A stretch of DNA of 64,000 bases from Candidatus Omnitrophota bacterium (lineage in GTDB: Bacteria > Omnitrophota > Gorgyraeia > Zapsychrales > JANLHA01). Below are positions 37,812 through 46,104 of this stretch, in pieces; within the stretch, counting starts at the first letter, position 1; the number at the start of each line of letters is the position of its first letter. The stretch is from the NCBI GenBank assembly GCA_029560465.1, contig JAKQKX010000069.1:77021-141020 (forward strand). The letters are read 5' to 3'. A model generated the notes under the pieces. The model saw nothing but the letters and a program-made list of their open reading frames with translations. It ran no database searches and was not told the DNA's origin. A program made the position numbers and the translations under genes.

Positions 37812-39464
37812 TCAGAGGATCGAATTCCCCTTACGGAAAACTAAGGCTGGTTCAGAAGGCGCGGGTTGACCGGCCCCGCGTTCCGGGAAGGATTGGGAGT
37901 CGGTCCCCCTGCCCGGAAAAGAATCTTCGCAGCGCGCCCGGGTGGCCGGCGGAACGGGGCGCCCGCATTTTAAAAGGACAAATCGGATCATGTGGTGCAG
38001 ATAATATTTCGCGTACCCGGCATGGTCAGGATTTTTGTTCCATAATCCGCTGATGATATCGGCCATGAAACTGATCCCGGAATTCAGGAATTTTGGAAGT
38101 TTCTGGAAGCGCCGGGCCTGGAGATGTTTCCTTAAGCCGGGAGGGGTCATGGGCAGGAGTTTGAATACGGTTTCATAGGCGGCGTAGAGGTTCCGGTTCC
38201 GGGGGACCGTCATTTTTGAACTGTCACGGTAAAAATCAGCCTGTTTGCCGTCCTTAAGATTTTCAACCTCCGCAGAAGAGAGGAGCCCGTTCGAGAGGGC
38301 GTATTCTGTCATTTCGGTGCCCGGGAAATAGTTCATCCAGAACGTCTGAATCCGGTAGGGGGGGGTTCTGGCGTAAAGCTCCCGGGCGCTTTCCTGGGCT
38401 GCGAGAGGTTCGCCGGGGAGCCCGAACATGTGATCCACTTTCAGCTCGACATGAAATTTGCGCATCGTTTCCATGACCGTTTCAATTTGGCGGTTTTTTT
38501 CGTAACGTTTGATCACCTGGTTTTTAAAGTTTTCGTCAGCGCTTTGAATCCCCATCTGGACAAACCGGCAGCCGGCTTCGGAAAGCCAGCGGATAACGTC
38601 GTCATCCATAAACGAAGGGTGGGAGAGGCATTGGAAGGGGATGCCGATTTCCTTTTTGTACCGGCTCAGGAAGCCTTTCAGCCACGGTTTATTGAAGGTG
38701 AAAATGTCGTCTTCAAATTCAACCAGCCTTAAGTTGTATCTCCGGCGGGCGTGACGCAGTTCCTGCAACATATGCTCCGCGCTGCGTTGCCGGACGTATT
38801 TCGTTTTGTGAGCCCCGCCTAATTGGCTGTAGAAATTATTAAAACAATACGTGCAGCGGAACGGACAGCCCCGGGACGCCATGGTGAAATAAATGTCACC
38901 CAAACGGATATACTCTTCCCAGAGGGATTTGTCAAACCCCGGGAGGCTGTCCAAATCCTGGATAAAACCGGACTGGGAACCTTGAATGATCTTGCCGTCG
39001 GGTGATTTGTAGCGCGTGTTCGGGATCGGCGATGAGAAGTTTTTCCGGGCGATGGCCTGTAATATGAACCGGAAAGCGAGGTCTCCTTCTCCGACACAGA
39101 CAAAATCAACCGGTTCTTGTTGAAGAACCCGGTCCGGGACGGCGGAGGCGTGCACGCCTCCGAACAGGACCTTGACATTGGGATCCATGCGTTTGGCGTC
39201 CCGCGCAATTCCAAGCATCCATTGATAGGTCGCAGTCATTGCCGAGAACGCGAGCACGTCCGGTTTTTGTTTGGCGATCGTATGGAGGACATGGTCCCGG
39301 TCGTCGAAGAGATTGGCCAAAAACGGAACGTGCAAATTGTATCGGTCATGGAACAACCCGGGGCTGAACGCGAGGCTCACCTCATGTCCGTCGCGTTTCG
39401 CCAGGGCCGTCAGCAGGGAAACGCTGAGCTGCTCCCAGCCCAGGGCCACAAAAGTAATCCGCAT
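37812..39464 (-). CDS. B12-binding-domain radical SAM enzyme (class B)
   Basis: N-terminal Rossmann-like cobalamin-binding domain and radical SAM core with SRGCPFRCTYC (Cx3Cx2C). ATG at 39464 preferred over the TTG at 39488. Confidence 0.8.
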   Translation of the reverse strand: MRITFVALGWEQLSVSLLTALAKRDGHEVSLAFSPGLFHDRYNLHVPFLANLFDDRDHVLHTIAKQKPDVLAFSAMTATYQWMLGIARDAKRMDPNVKVLFGGVHASAVPDRVLQQEPVDFVCVGEGDLAFRFILQAIARKNFSSPIPNTRYKSPDGKIIQGSQSGFIQDLDSLPGFDKSLWEEYIRLGDIYFTMASRGCPFRCTYCFNNFYSQLGGAHKTKYVRQRSAEHMLQELRHARRRYNLRLVEFEDDIFTFNKPWLKGFLSRYKKEIGIPFQCLSHPSFMDDDVIRWLSEAGCRFVQMGIQSADENFKNQVIKRYEKNRQIETVMETMRKFHVELKVDHMFGLPGEPLAAQESARELYARTPPYRIQTFWMNYFPGTEMTEYALSNGLLSSAEVENLKDGKQADFYRDSSKMTVPRNRNLYAAYETVFKLLPMTPPGLRKHLQARRFQKLPKFLNSGISFMADIISGLWNKNPDHAGYAKYYLHHMIRFVLLKCGRPVPPATRARCEDSFPGRGTDSQSFPERGAGQPAPSEPALVFRKGNSIL

Positions 39465-39666
39465 GGGGGTATCCTTTTTGGTGAACAATAAAAGACATTA
39501 TAACAATGAACCTGGATAATGCAAAAAATAATAGAACGCGCGGCCTTTAACGCCGTGTATCCTTTTTTTATAAATATCCCCAGGAGATTAAATTATATGT
39601 GGCTGCTGGACACCCGCCAGGAGAATTATTATAATAATATTCATTATTTATTTTAAAGAGCTTTTC

Positions 39667-41349
39667 ATGTTTAAGAAAAAAATAATCCTTTTCTTTGCGA
39701 TACTGATACTTTTTATCAGCCTGGACGCTCCGGCCTGGTGCGGGTCGTTTAAACTGCGCTGGGTCGAGGTGGACGTTGTTTTGGACGCGGATGGGAAAGC
39801 CCATGTTTCCTATGCGGTCCGCTGGTCCTGCCAGGGCGCTGATCTGCACGGTTTTTATTTTGAGGGATTTGCCGGGCGCCCCCGGTTTAATGACCTGGAC
39901 GCGCACGCTGTTGACGAGAAGGGCACGCGGTATCCTCTGGACATCACGTTCCTGTCAGACCGTAAATATGATATTGTGTTGGCGGGGGGGCAGGCTTTTC
40001 ATGACGGAGAGATTACCTACCGTTTTAATTATGAAACTGATTTACAGGAGAGCGGCCATGTCGTCTTGACTGAAAGCCAGGATGGCCGGCTGGTGGTTTT
40101 TAACTGGGCGCCGGTTCAGTGGAGCGACGCCCTAGAGCATGAAACGGTGACCGTCCATTACCCGGTTGTTATGAACACGCCTGAAGGTTCCCCCGAGGCT
40201 CTGTCAGCCGTTAACTTTTTAACCGAGAAGTATGTCAATCAGCGCTATAAGATTGATTATCCGGCGGCGACCAACGCGCAAGGGAATCCGGTGTTCACGG
40301 TCCGCTTTCACCGTGATGATTTGCCCTCACGGTATCATTTCCAGATTCAGACTTATCTCGACGCGAAATATTTTAATCTCACGACCATGGCCGCTTCCCA
40401 ACCCTGGGCGGAGACGCCCGGCTTCCGGAAGGCGGAAGAGAATTATATTTTCAACCGGTACTTCCCTGGCAGCGTCCTGGCCGTGGTGCCGCTTTCCGCC
40501 GGGGGGCTGCTGGGGCTGTTGCTGTTTGGGGGCGTTGTCCTGCTGGTTTTCCCGTTTTTTATTATGACGAGAAAGCATGTGTCCATGCTGTCGGCCCAGG
40601 ACGGGATCGCTCCGATCCGCTGGGACGGGGACGAATGGGTTCCTCCGAAAATTCAAGTGGGGTCGTTCCGGAAGGACGGAAAAATTAACAAGGATCTGAC
40701 AGCGTTGGAAGCGGGGCTTTTACTGGACATCCCTTTGGGGACATTGGCCGGCTTGATGATCCAGAATCTTGAACGTAAAGGGCTCCTGAAGATCATCAGC
40801 CATGAGCCGTTGAAGGTCGAGAGGATGTCGGCCACTGCGGGTGGGGATGATCCTTATGAAAATAATATTTTAAACGCGATCGACATGTCCGGGAATATCC
40901 CGCAGGGATTCATCAACGATCTTTTTCATGCCATGGCCGCGGGGCTTGAGCAAAAAATTTGGGACTGCGATGTGGACGCCACGAAAGCGTATTACAAACA
41001 GCGTATGGACGCCATCCTGGACCAGGAGAAACAGAACCCCCAACAGGAAACGGACACAGGATATTATTGGGATGGGTATTACCACCATTATTACGGACGG
41101 ATGTATTATCATAACCGGGATTATTACCGCCGGGGCCAGGATATCGGACGGGCGCTTGAGGTGAACGCGCCCCAGGTCAAGGAAGGGTTTTCTTCTTTCC
41201 GGAATTCCTCGCTTTGTTATGAAGGGCCGTTTTTGCAGAATGTCTGCCATGACGCGTGCCATTCTGCGTGTCATTCCGCCTGCCATTCCGCGTGTCATTC
41301 CGCCTGCCACGGGGCCTGTCATGGGGCGTGCGTGAGCAGCGGGCATTAA
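39667..41349 (+). CDS. Bitopic membrane protein (signal peptide, ~260-aa extracytoplasmic domain, TM, cytoplasmic tail) ending in a (C-H-x-A)x7 CXXX tandem repeat
   Basis: Signal peptide and single TM (VLAVVPLSAGGLLGLLLFGGVVLLVFPFF). Tyr/His-rich segment (YYWDGYYHHYYGRMYYHNRDYYRRG) and the final 33 aa CHDACHSACHSACHSACHSACHGACHGACVSSGH. The overall architecture loosely resembles DUF2207-type proteins; this is unverified. Confidence 0.7.
   Translation: MFKKKIILFFAILILFISLDAPAWCGSFKLRWVEVDVVLDADGKAHVSYAVRWSCQGADLHGFYFEGFAGRPRFNDLDAHAVDEKGTRYPLDITFLSDRKYDIVLAGGQAFHDGEITYRFNYETDLQESGHVVLTESQDGRLVVFNWAPVQWSDALEHETVTVHYPVVMNTPEGSPEALSAVNFLTEKYVNQRYKIDYPAATNAQGNPVFTVRFHRDDLPSRYHFQIQTYLDAKYFNLTTMAASQPWAETPGFRKAEENYIFNRYFPGSVLAVVPLSAGGLLGLLLFGGVVLLVFPFFIMTRKHVSMLSAQDGIAPIRWDGDEWVPPKIQVGSFRKDGKINKDLTALEAGLLLDIPLGTLAGLMIQNLERKGLLKIISHEPLKVERMSATAGGDDPYENNILNAIDMSGNIPQGFINDLFHAMAAGLEQKIWDCDVDATKAYYKQRMDAILDQEKQNPQQETDTGYYWDGYYHHYYGRMYYHNRDYYRRGQDIGRALEVNAPQVKEGFSSFRNSSLCYEGPFLQNVCHDACHSACHSACHSACHSACHGACHGACVSSGH
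41245..41328 (+). repeat. In-frame tandem repeat, 7 x 12 nt (2 x 24-nt higher-order units) encoding C-H-x-A
   Basis: TGCCATGACGCG, TGCCATTCTGCG, TGTCATTCCGCC, TGCCATTCCGCG, TGTCATTCCGCC, TGCCACGGGGCC, TGTCATGGGGCG. The 24-nt units at 41257-41280 and 41281-41304 differ by a single nucleotide. Confidence 0.95.
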
Positions 41350-41360
41350 CGGAGTTTGCC

Positions 41361-42692
41361 ATGGAATATTATTCCAATATCCGGTGGGTTGACGAATATA
41401 TCAAACGGGTTTCCCCGTATATCCACGTGCGGGAGCACGATCAGCTGCTCATCAAGATCCCCAACGAGGCACATAAAATCAACGCTTCGGGAGTGGCCGT
41501 TTTGAAAACACTCCTGGAGGGGAACAGTATTTATACGGTCGTGGACCGGTATCCGGATAAAGAGGGGGTCGCCCGGGACCTGCATTATTTTTTTTGTGAT
41601 ATCATGGCGCTTCTAAAAGGCTGTTATCATGAACGGGACGGCCGTAAAGCGGTCGAGCGGTATCCTTTCAAGCTTCCTTTTAATACCCTGCCGGTTTTAA
41701 GCGAGATCGCGGTCACGTACCGGTGCAACCTGGCCTGCCAGTTTTGCTACGCGGGGTGCGGCTGCCGCAAGGATATCCGGGCGGAAGAGTGCTCTCTCGA
41801 TCAGCTGAAACGCGTGCTGACCGTGATCCGGAAAGAGGCCGAGGTGCCGTCCGTCAGTTTTACCGGTGGGGAACCCACGCTCCGGGCGGATTTGCCGGAT
41901 TTGGTGCGGTTCGCCAAGTCTTTAAGAATGTGGACGAATCTGATCACCAATGGGACCCTAGTCACGCCAAACCTGGCGGCCACGTTAAAAGCCGCAGGGT
42001 TGGATTCTGCCCAGGTCAGCCTGGAGGCCGCGGATGCGCGCCTGCATGACCGGATTGTCCGTTCTCCCGGGGCTTTTGAGAAGACACTGGTTGGGCTGAG
42101 AGCCTTACGGGACGCGGATATCCGGGTGCACACCAACACAACCATTTCCGCCCTGAACAAAGATTATTTGAACGCGATCCTAGCCCTGGTGCGTGACGAG
42201 GGATTTGATAAGTTTTCCATGAATTTGCTTATGCCCGAAGGCTCGGCGGTCGCGCATTTGGAAGAGGTGCTGATCCGTTATTCCGATATAGGCCCGGTTG
42301 TTTTGGCTGTCCAGCGGGAAGCCCTCACGCTGGGGTTGGAGTTCATGTGGTATTCGCCCACACCGTTATGCATTTTTAACCCGATCGTGCATGGCTTGGG
42401 GAACCGGGGATGTGCGGCTTGCGACGGGTTGCTCAGCATCGCCCCGAACGGGGATATCCTGCCGTGTTCGAGTTTTCCCCAGCCCATGGGAAATATCCTG
42501 GATATGCGGGGCCGTTTCCGGGAGTTGTGGGCCGGCCCGGCTTTTCAATATTTTCAGCGCAAGCATTTCGCTCACAAGCAATGCCAGGCGTGTGAAGACC
42601 TGGCCGTCTGTAATGGCGGCTGCCCGCTGTACTGGCGGCAGGTTGGGTATGAGGAGCTTCTGCAACATAAACCGATGGAGGTGGGCGCATGA
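41361..42692 (+). CDS. Radical SAM / SPASM-domain protein (peptide-maturase type)
   Basis: YRCNLACQFCYAG (Cx3Cx2C); C-terminal SPASM-like cysteines (CAACDG...PCSSF...CQACEDLAVCNGGCP). ATG at 41361 with a GGAG Shine-Dalgarno, 11 nt after the repeat-protein stop. The tool ORF start at 41256 is a frame shadow of the repeat. Confidence 0.8.
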   Translation: MEYYSNIRWVDEYIKRVSPYIHVREHDQLLIKIPNEAHKINASGVAVLKTLLEGNSIYTVVDRYPDKEGVARDLHYFFCDIMALLKGCYHERDGRKAVERYPFKLPFNTLPVLSEIAVTYRCNLACQFCYAGCGCRKDIRAEECSLDQLKRVLTVIRKEAEVPSVSFTGGEPTLRADLPDLVRFAKSLRMWTNLITNGTLVTPNLAATLKAAGLDSAQVSLEAADARLHDRIVRSPGAFEKTLVGLRALRDADIRVHTNTTISALNKDYLNAILALVRDEGFDKFSMNLLMPEGSAVAHLEEVLIRYSDIGPVVLAVQREALTLGLEFMWYSPTPLCIFNPIVHGLGNRGCAACDGLLSIAPNGDILPCSSFPQPMGNILDMRGRFRELWAGPAFQYFQRKHFAHKQCQACEDLAVCNGGCPLYWRQVGYEELLQHKPMEVGA

Positions 42693-43651
42693 AGTGGTTG
42701 CCTGATGCGCAAAGACGGGGGGAGATTCATTTTCTGTTTGCCAAGAGGATGCCTTACCATAGCCGGTTGATCCTGATTTTGGCCCTCCTTACTGGCGGCC
42801 TTCTGGTGCAATTGATGATTGAATTCTGGGGGGGGCTGTTTCTCCTCGTGGCGGCCACGGCCCTCTCGCTCATTAAAGGGTATTCCGCCCGTCCGAAGCT
42901 GAGCGGGCCGGAGGAATGGAATCAGGTCACTCCTGATGAATATCAAAAAGTACAGCTGAAGCAGAAACAGTTGAAAAAGTGGGACCAGGATTGTTTTGAT
43001 ATCACCAATCCTTTGGGGTTTTTCTGTGCGATGTTGTGCGCTGGGGTGGGGCTTTTTATCTGGGTCGGCCTGATGGGGGCCGGGCAGGAACGGCTAGCCG
43101 GGTTCTGGGCCTGGGACACGTTTGTCCTTTTCGCCCCGCATTGGGTCACGGGAGTGCGGAGTTATCTTAAAAAAGATCAGCTTATTATTAAGATTAAACT
43201 CCTGGAACAGATGATGCGGTTTTTGTCCTCCCCGAGTGATGTGCAGGTCCTGCCCATGCTGGCGACCCAAGAAACGAATGACGGGAAACGTGTGCCCACC
43301 GACGCCCGGTTGATGTTGAGATTTCTCCCCGCGCCGGCCGAGTGCCTGGGGTTGCAGGTGCAGATTTCCATTAATAACGTGCAGGGCCAGGATTATCCGT
43401 ATTTATATTGTGTCCTGATAGGCAAATCCCGTAAGTTTTTTGACAAAGCCGGCCTTCTTATAAAAGACGCTCCCCGGAATATCACGCTTGAATTAAAAAC
43501 GGCCCAGGATGTGGTTGTGCTTGTGATCAGGCAGAAAACAACCCAGACATCCGGGTATTTTACAAATCAGAAAGCCGCGGAATATGTTTTGAAATCGGCC
43601 CTTGATATAAGCCGGAAAATTTTGGCTGGCCAGTTATCCGGACAGGGTTGA
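42689..43651 (+). CDS. Hypothetical multi-TM membrane protein
   Basis: ATGA overlap with the radical SAM gene; four predicted TM helices in the N-terminal half; no recognisable domain. Confidence 0.45.
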   Translation: MKWLPDAQRRGEIHFLFAKRMPYHSRLILILALLTGGLLVQLMIEFWGGLFLLVAATALSLIKGYSARPKLSGPEEWNQVTPDEYQKVQLKQKQLKKWDQDCFDITNPLGFFCAMLCAGVGLFIWVGLMGAGQERLAGFWAWDTFVLFAPHWVTGVRSYLKKDQLIIKIKLLEQMMRFLSSPSDVQVLPMLATQETNDGKRVPTDARLMLRFLPAPAECLGLQVQISINNVQGQDYPYLYCVLIGKSRKFFDKAGLLIKDAPRNITLELKTAQDVVVLVIRQKTTQTSGYFTNQKAAEYVLKSALDISRKILAGQLSGQG

Positions 43652-43706
43652 GGGCGCTTTCCAAGAATTTCCGGAAGCCCTTCCTTGGGTATACGTCCAA
43701 ATATTC

Positions 43707-45335
43707 ATGAAAACGTTGATTTCCGTTAACAATATCAGTAAGACATTTATCTCCCAGGCGGGGAAACATCCGCACATTAAAGCTCTGGATAATATTTCTT
43801 TGGATATTCGAGAAGGGGAAATTTTGGGGGTTTTGGGCCCGAATGGCGCGGGCAAAACGACATTTTTGAATATCCTCTCCACGTTGCTGTTACCCGACAG
43901 CGGGACGATCACGATGATGGGAAAACAACTGGTCCCCGCGCATTATTCCGAATTGCGTCAGTGTTTTAATATGTGTTCCGGGCACCCCAATTTTCCCTGG
44001 AGTTTGACCCTGGAAGAAAATTTATATTTTTACGGCCGGTTGTATAACCTTAAAGGGAGAATTTTGAAACAACGTGTGGCATCCTTGATTGACATGTTCG
44101 GCTTGGGACAGGTCGCGCGGCTTCGTTTTGACGAACTCTCCAGCGGGACCAAGCAGAAGCTGGCCCTGGCTAAGTGTTTGATCAACGAACCCAAGATTAT
44201 TTTTCTCGATGAGCCGACCGTGGGGTTTGACCCGGATGTGGCGGTTAAAATCCGCCGGCTGATTCTGGATATTTATGAGAAGACGGGTGCGACGATCCTG
44301 CTGACGACGCATTATATGCCGGAAGCGGAAAAAATGTGCCAGCGGATCGCCTTTCTGAAAGAGGGGCGTCTTATCCGGTTGGCAACGCCGGAAGAACTAA
44401 AGACACGGCAGGGCCAAAAGGATTTGGAGTCTGTTTTTATCGATTTGGCGGGCAAGATAGCAGAGACGGGCTTGGGTTCCCCACTACAGGAGGCGGGTGA
44501 TTTATTGAGCTGGCAGGAAAGCCGCCCTGCGCCGCGTTCGTTTGCCCCGGATGTGGCCAGATGGCTGAACGGCTGTTTCGCGTTTACATACCGCAACATG
44601 CTGTATGCGTTGAGGAATTTTTTTGCTTTTATGGAACTGGTGTTCTGGCCGATCGTCAGTTTGATCTCGATTGGGCTCATGGGGGATTTTTTAGAGATGG
44701 AAGAGCGCGCGTTCGCGTTTGTTATAACGGGCGCGATAACCGCGGGAATTTTACAAGTCACGCAGCTGGATGTGGCGTACAGCCTGTTGTATGAAGTGTG
44801 GGCCAAAAGTTTAAAGCACACCCTCCTGACACCGGTGGGGATCAGCGAGCATCTTTTCGGGTCCTGGGTGATCGGCATTGCCAGAGGAGTGATTATTTTT
44901 GTGATTTTGGGTTGCGCCGCCACGGTGTTTTTTGGTTTTGAATTTCCTCCTTTATTGGTGACAGGCGTTTTTCTGTTAGGGATTTTCGGCTCCGCGCTTC
45001 TTTTGGGGACGCTTGTATGTTATTTGCTGCTTTGTTTTGGGCAGAAAGCGGAGATAACCGCCTGGATGTTGGCGTATCTTTTCATGCTGATTTGCGGCAT
45101 CTATTATCCGGTAAGCACGTTGCCGAAGTTTTTTTACTATTGCGCTCAATGCGTCCCGATAACATATTTTTTAGAATATTTCCGGCAAAGTTTCGGGTTT
45201 CAGCCCGTCCTTAACTATGTGCTTTGGAAGGGGTTTGCGTTAATTGTTTTTTATCTCATTGTCGGGCTTTTTTTTATGAAACACGCTTTTATTCAGGCAC
45301 GGAAGAACGGAGTGATTGTCAAATTGTCTGAATAA
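43707..45335 (+). CDS. Fused ABC transporter: ATP-binding domain plus ABC-2-type permease domain
   Basis: Walker A GPNGAGKTT, signature LSSGTKQKLALA, Walker B IIFLDEPT, then six TM helices of an ABC-2-type permease. Confidence 0.8.
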   Translation: MKTLISVNNISKTFISQAGKHPHIKALDNISLDIREGEILGVLGPNGAGKTTFLNILSTLLLPDSGTITMMGKQLVPAHYSELRQCFNMCSGHPNFPWSLTLEENLYFYGRLYNLKGRILKQRVASLIDMFGLGQVARLRFDELSSGTKQKLALAKCLINEPKIIFLDEPTVGFDPDVAVKIRRLILDIYEKTGATILLTTHYMPEAEKMCQRIAFLKEGRLIRLATPEELKTRQGQKDLESVFIDLAGKIAETGLGSPLQEAGDLLSWQESRPAPRSFAPDVARWLNGCFAFTYRNMLYALRNFFAFMELVFWPIVSLISIGLMGDFLEMEERAFAFVITGAITAGILQVTQLDVAYSLLYEVWAKSLKHTLLTPVGISEHLFGSWVIGIARGVIIFVILGCAATVFFGFEFPPLLVTGVFLLGIFGSALLLGTLVCYLLLCFGQKAEITAWMLAYLFMLICGIYYPVSTLPKFFYYCAQCVPITYFLEYFRQSFGFQPVLNYVLWKGFALIVFYLIVGLFFMKHAFIQARKNGVIVKLSE

Positions 45336-45483
45336 AGAGGGGAAACGCTAGAGGCCGGGCCGCTTCTTTAAAAGGCGTCCTGGTTACAGAATACGTTTGG
45401 ATTTATAATCGACACTGATTTTTCTGTCTGTTATAATTGAGCCAGATGTGTTATCCCAGGTCATCAAATTAAGGAGGTGTCCA

Positions 45484-46092
45484 ATGGACGGGGGCCTTAT
45501 GCAGCAGGCAACATCTTTAGAGGCGCTTTTTTGGTTTTGCGCTCTTGCCGGCACGGTTTTTTTTATTATAAGGGTTATTTTTATGGTGATAGGCGGGGCC
45601 CTGGATACCGGTGGAGACGTGGATTTGGGGCCGGATGCGCACATGGATATGGGCCACTCCGGGCATGACGGTACGGTATCAGATACCCATTTCGAGTTTA
45701 TTTCAGTGAATTCCATCACGGCTTTTTTTATGATGTTCGGGTGGATAGGCTTGACGTGTCATAAACAGTTTCTTTTAAACGGAGGGCTTTCTGTTATTAT
45801 CGGATTCCTGGCCGGGGTGGGCTGTATGCTGATAACAGCCTATCTTTTCAAACTTGCCAGGAAACTGGTCAGCCGGGGGAGCGTTTTTTCGGTGGACCAG
45901 GCGATGGGAAAAAAGGGGACCGTTTATCAGCGGATTTCGGCGGACGGCCGGGGAAAAATCACTGTTGAGTTAAATGATAGTACTCGGGAAATTGAGGCGA
46001 TCGCTGAAGATAAACAGGATATTGATTCATTTCAGACCATTGAAGTCGTCCGAGTCGTTGATCAAAGAACCGTGGCGGTTAAAAAAATATAG
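45484..46092 (+). CDS. NfeD-like membrane protein (SPFH-partner family)
   Basis: N-terminal TM helices plus a C-terminal OB-fold-like soluble domain; AAGGAGG Shine-Dalgarno before the ATG at 45484; immediately upstream of a flotillin gene. Confidence 0.5.
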   Translation: MDGGLMQQATSLEALFWFCALAGTVFFIIRVIFMVIGGALDTGGDVDLGPDAHMDMGHSGHDGTVSDTHFEFISVNSITAFFMMFGWIGLTCHKQFLLNGGLSVIIGFLAGVGCMLITAYLFKLARKLVSRGSVFSVDQAMGKKGTVYQRISADGRGKITVELNDSTREIEAIAEDKQDIDSFQTIEVVRVVDQRTVAVKKI

Positions 46093-46104
46093 GAGGAATC
46101 GGCT

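Noticed and set aside
41245-41328. Possible CRISPR-like array or His-Xaa-Ser (Hxs) system
   Set aside because: The repeats are contiguous, without spacers, and are coding, so not CRISPR. The motif is C-H-S-A, not H-x-S, and only one radical SAM gene is present rather than the two of Hxs systems, so the Hxs assignment is not supported.
40870-41346. 158-aa minus-strand ORF with MTRGMAGGMTRRMARVMA repeats
   Set aside because: Antisense shadow of the same tandem repeat and of the upstream coding region; it lies entirely inside a well-supported plus-strand gene.
41256-41360. N-terminal extension of the radical SAM ORF reading MPFCVSFRLPFRVSFRLP...
   Set aside because: It is the +1-frame shadow of the CHxA DNA repeat. 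The ATG at 41361, with a GGAG Shine-Dalgarno, is the credible start.
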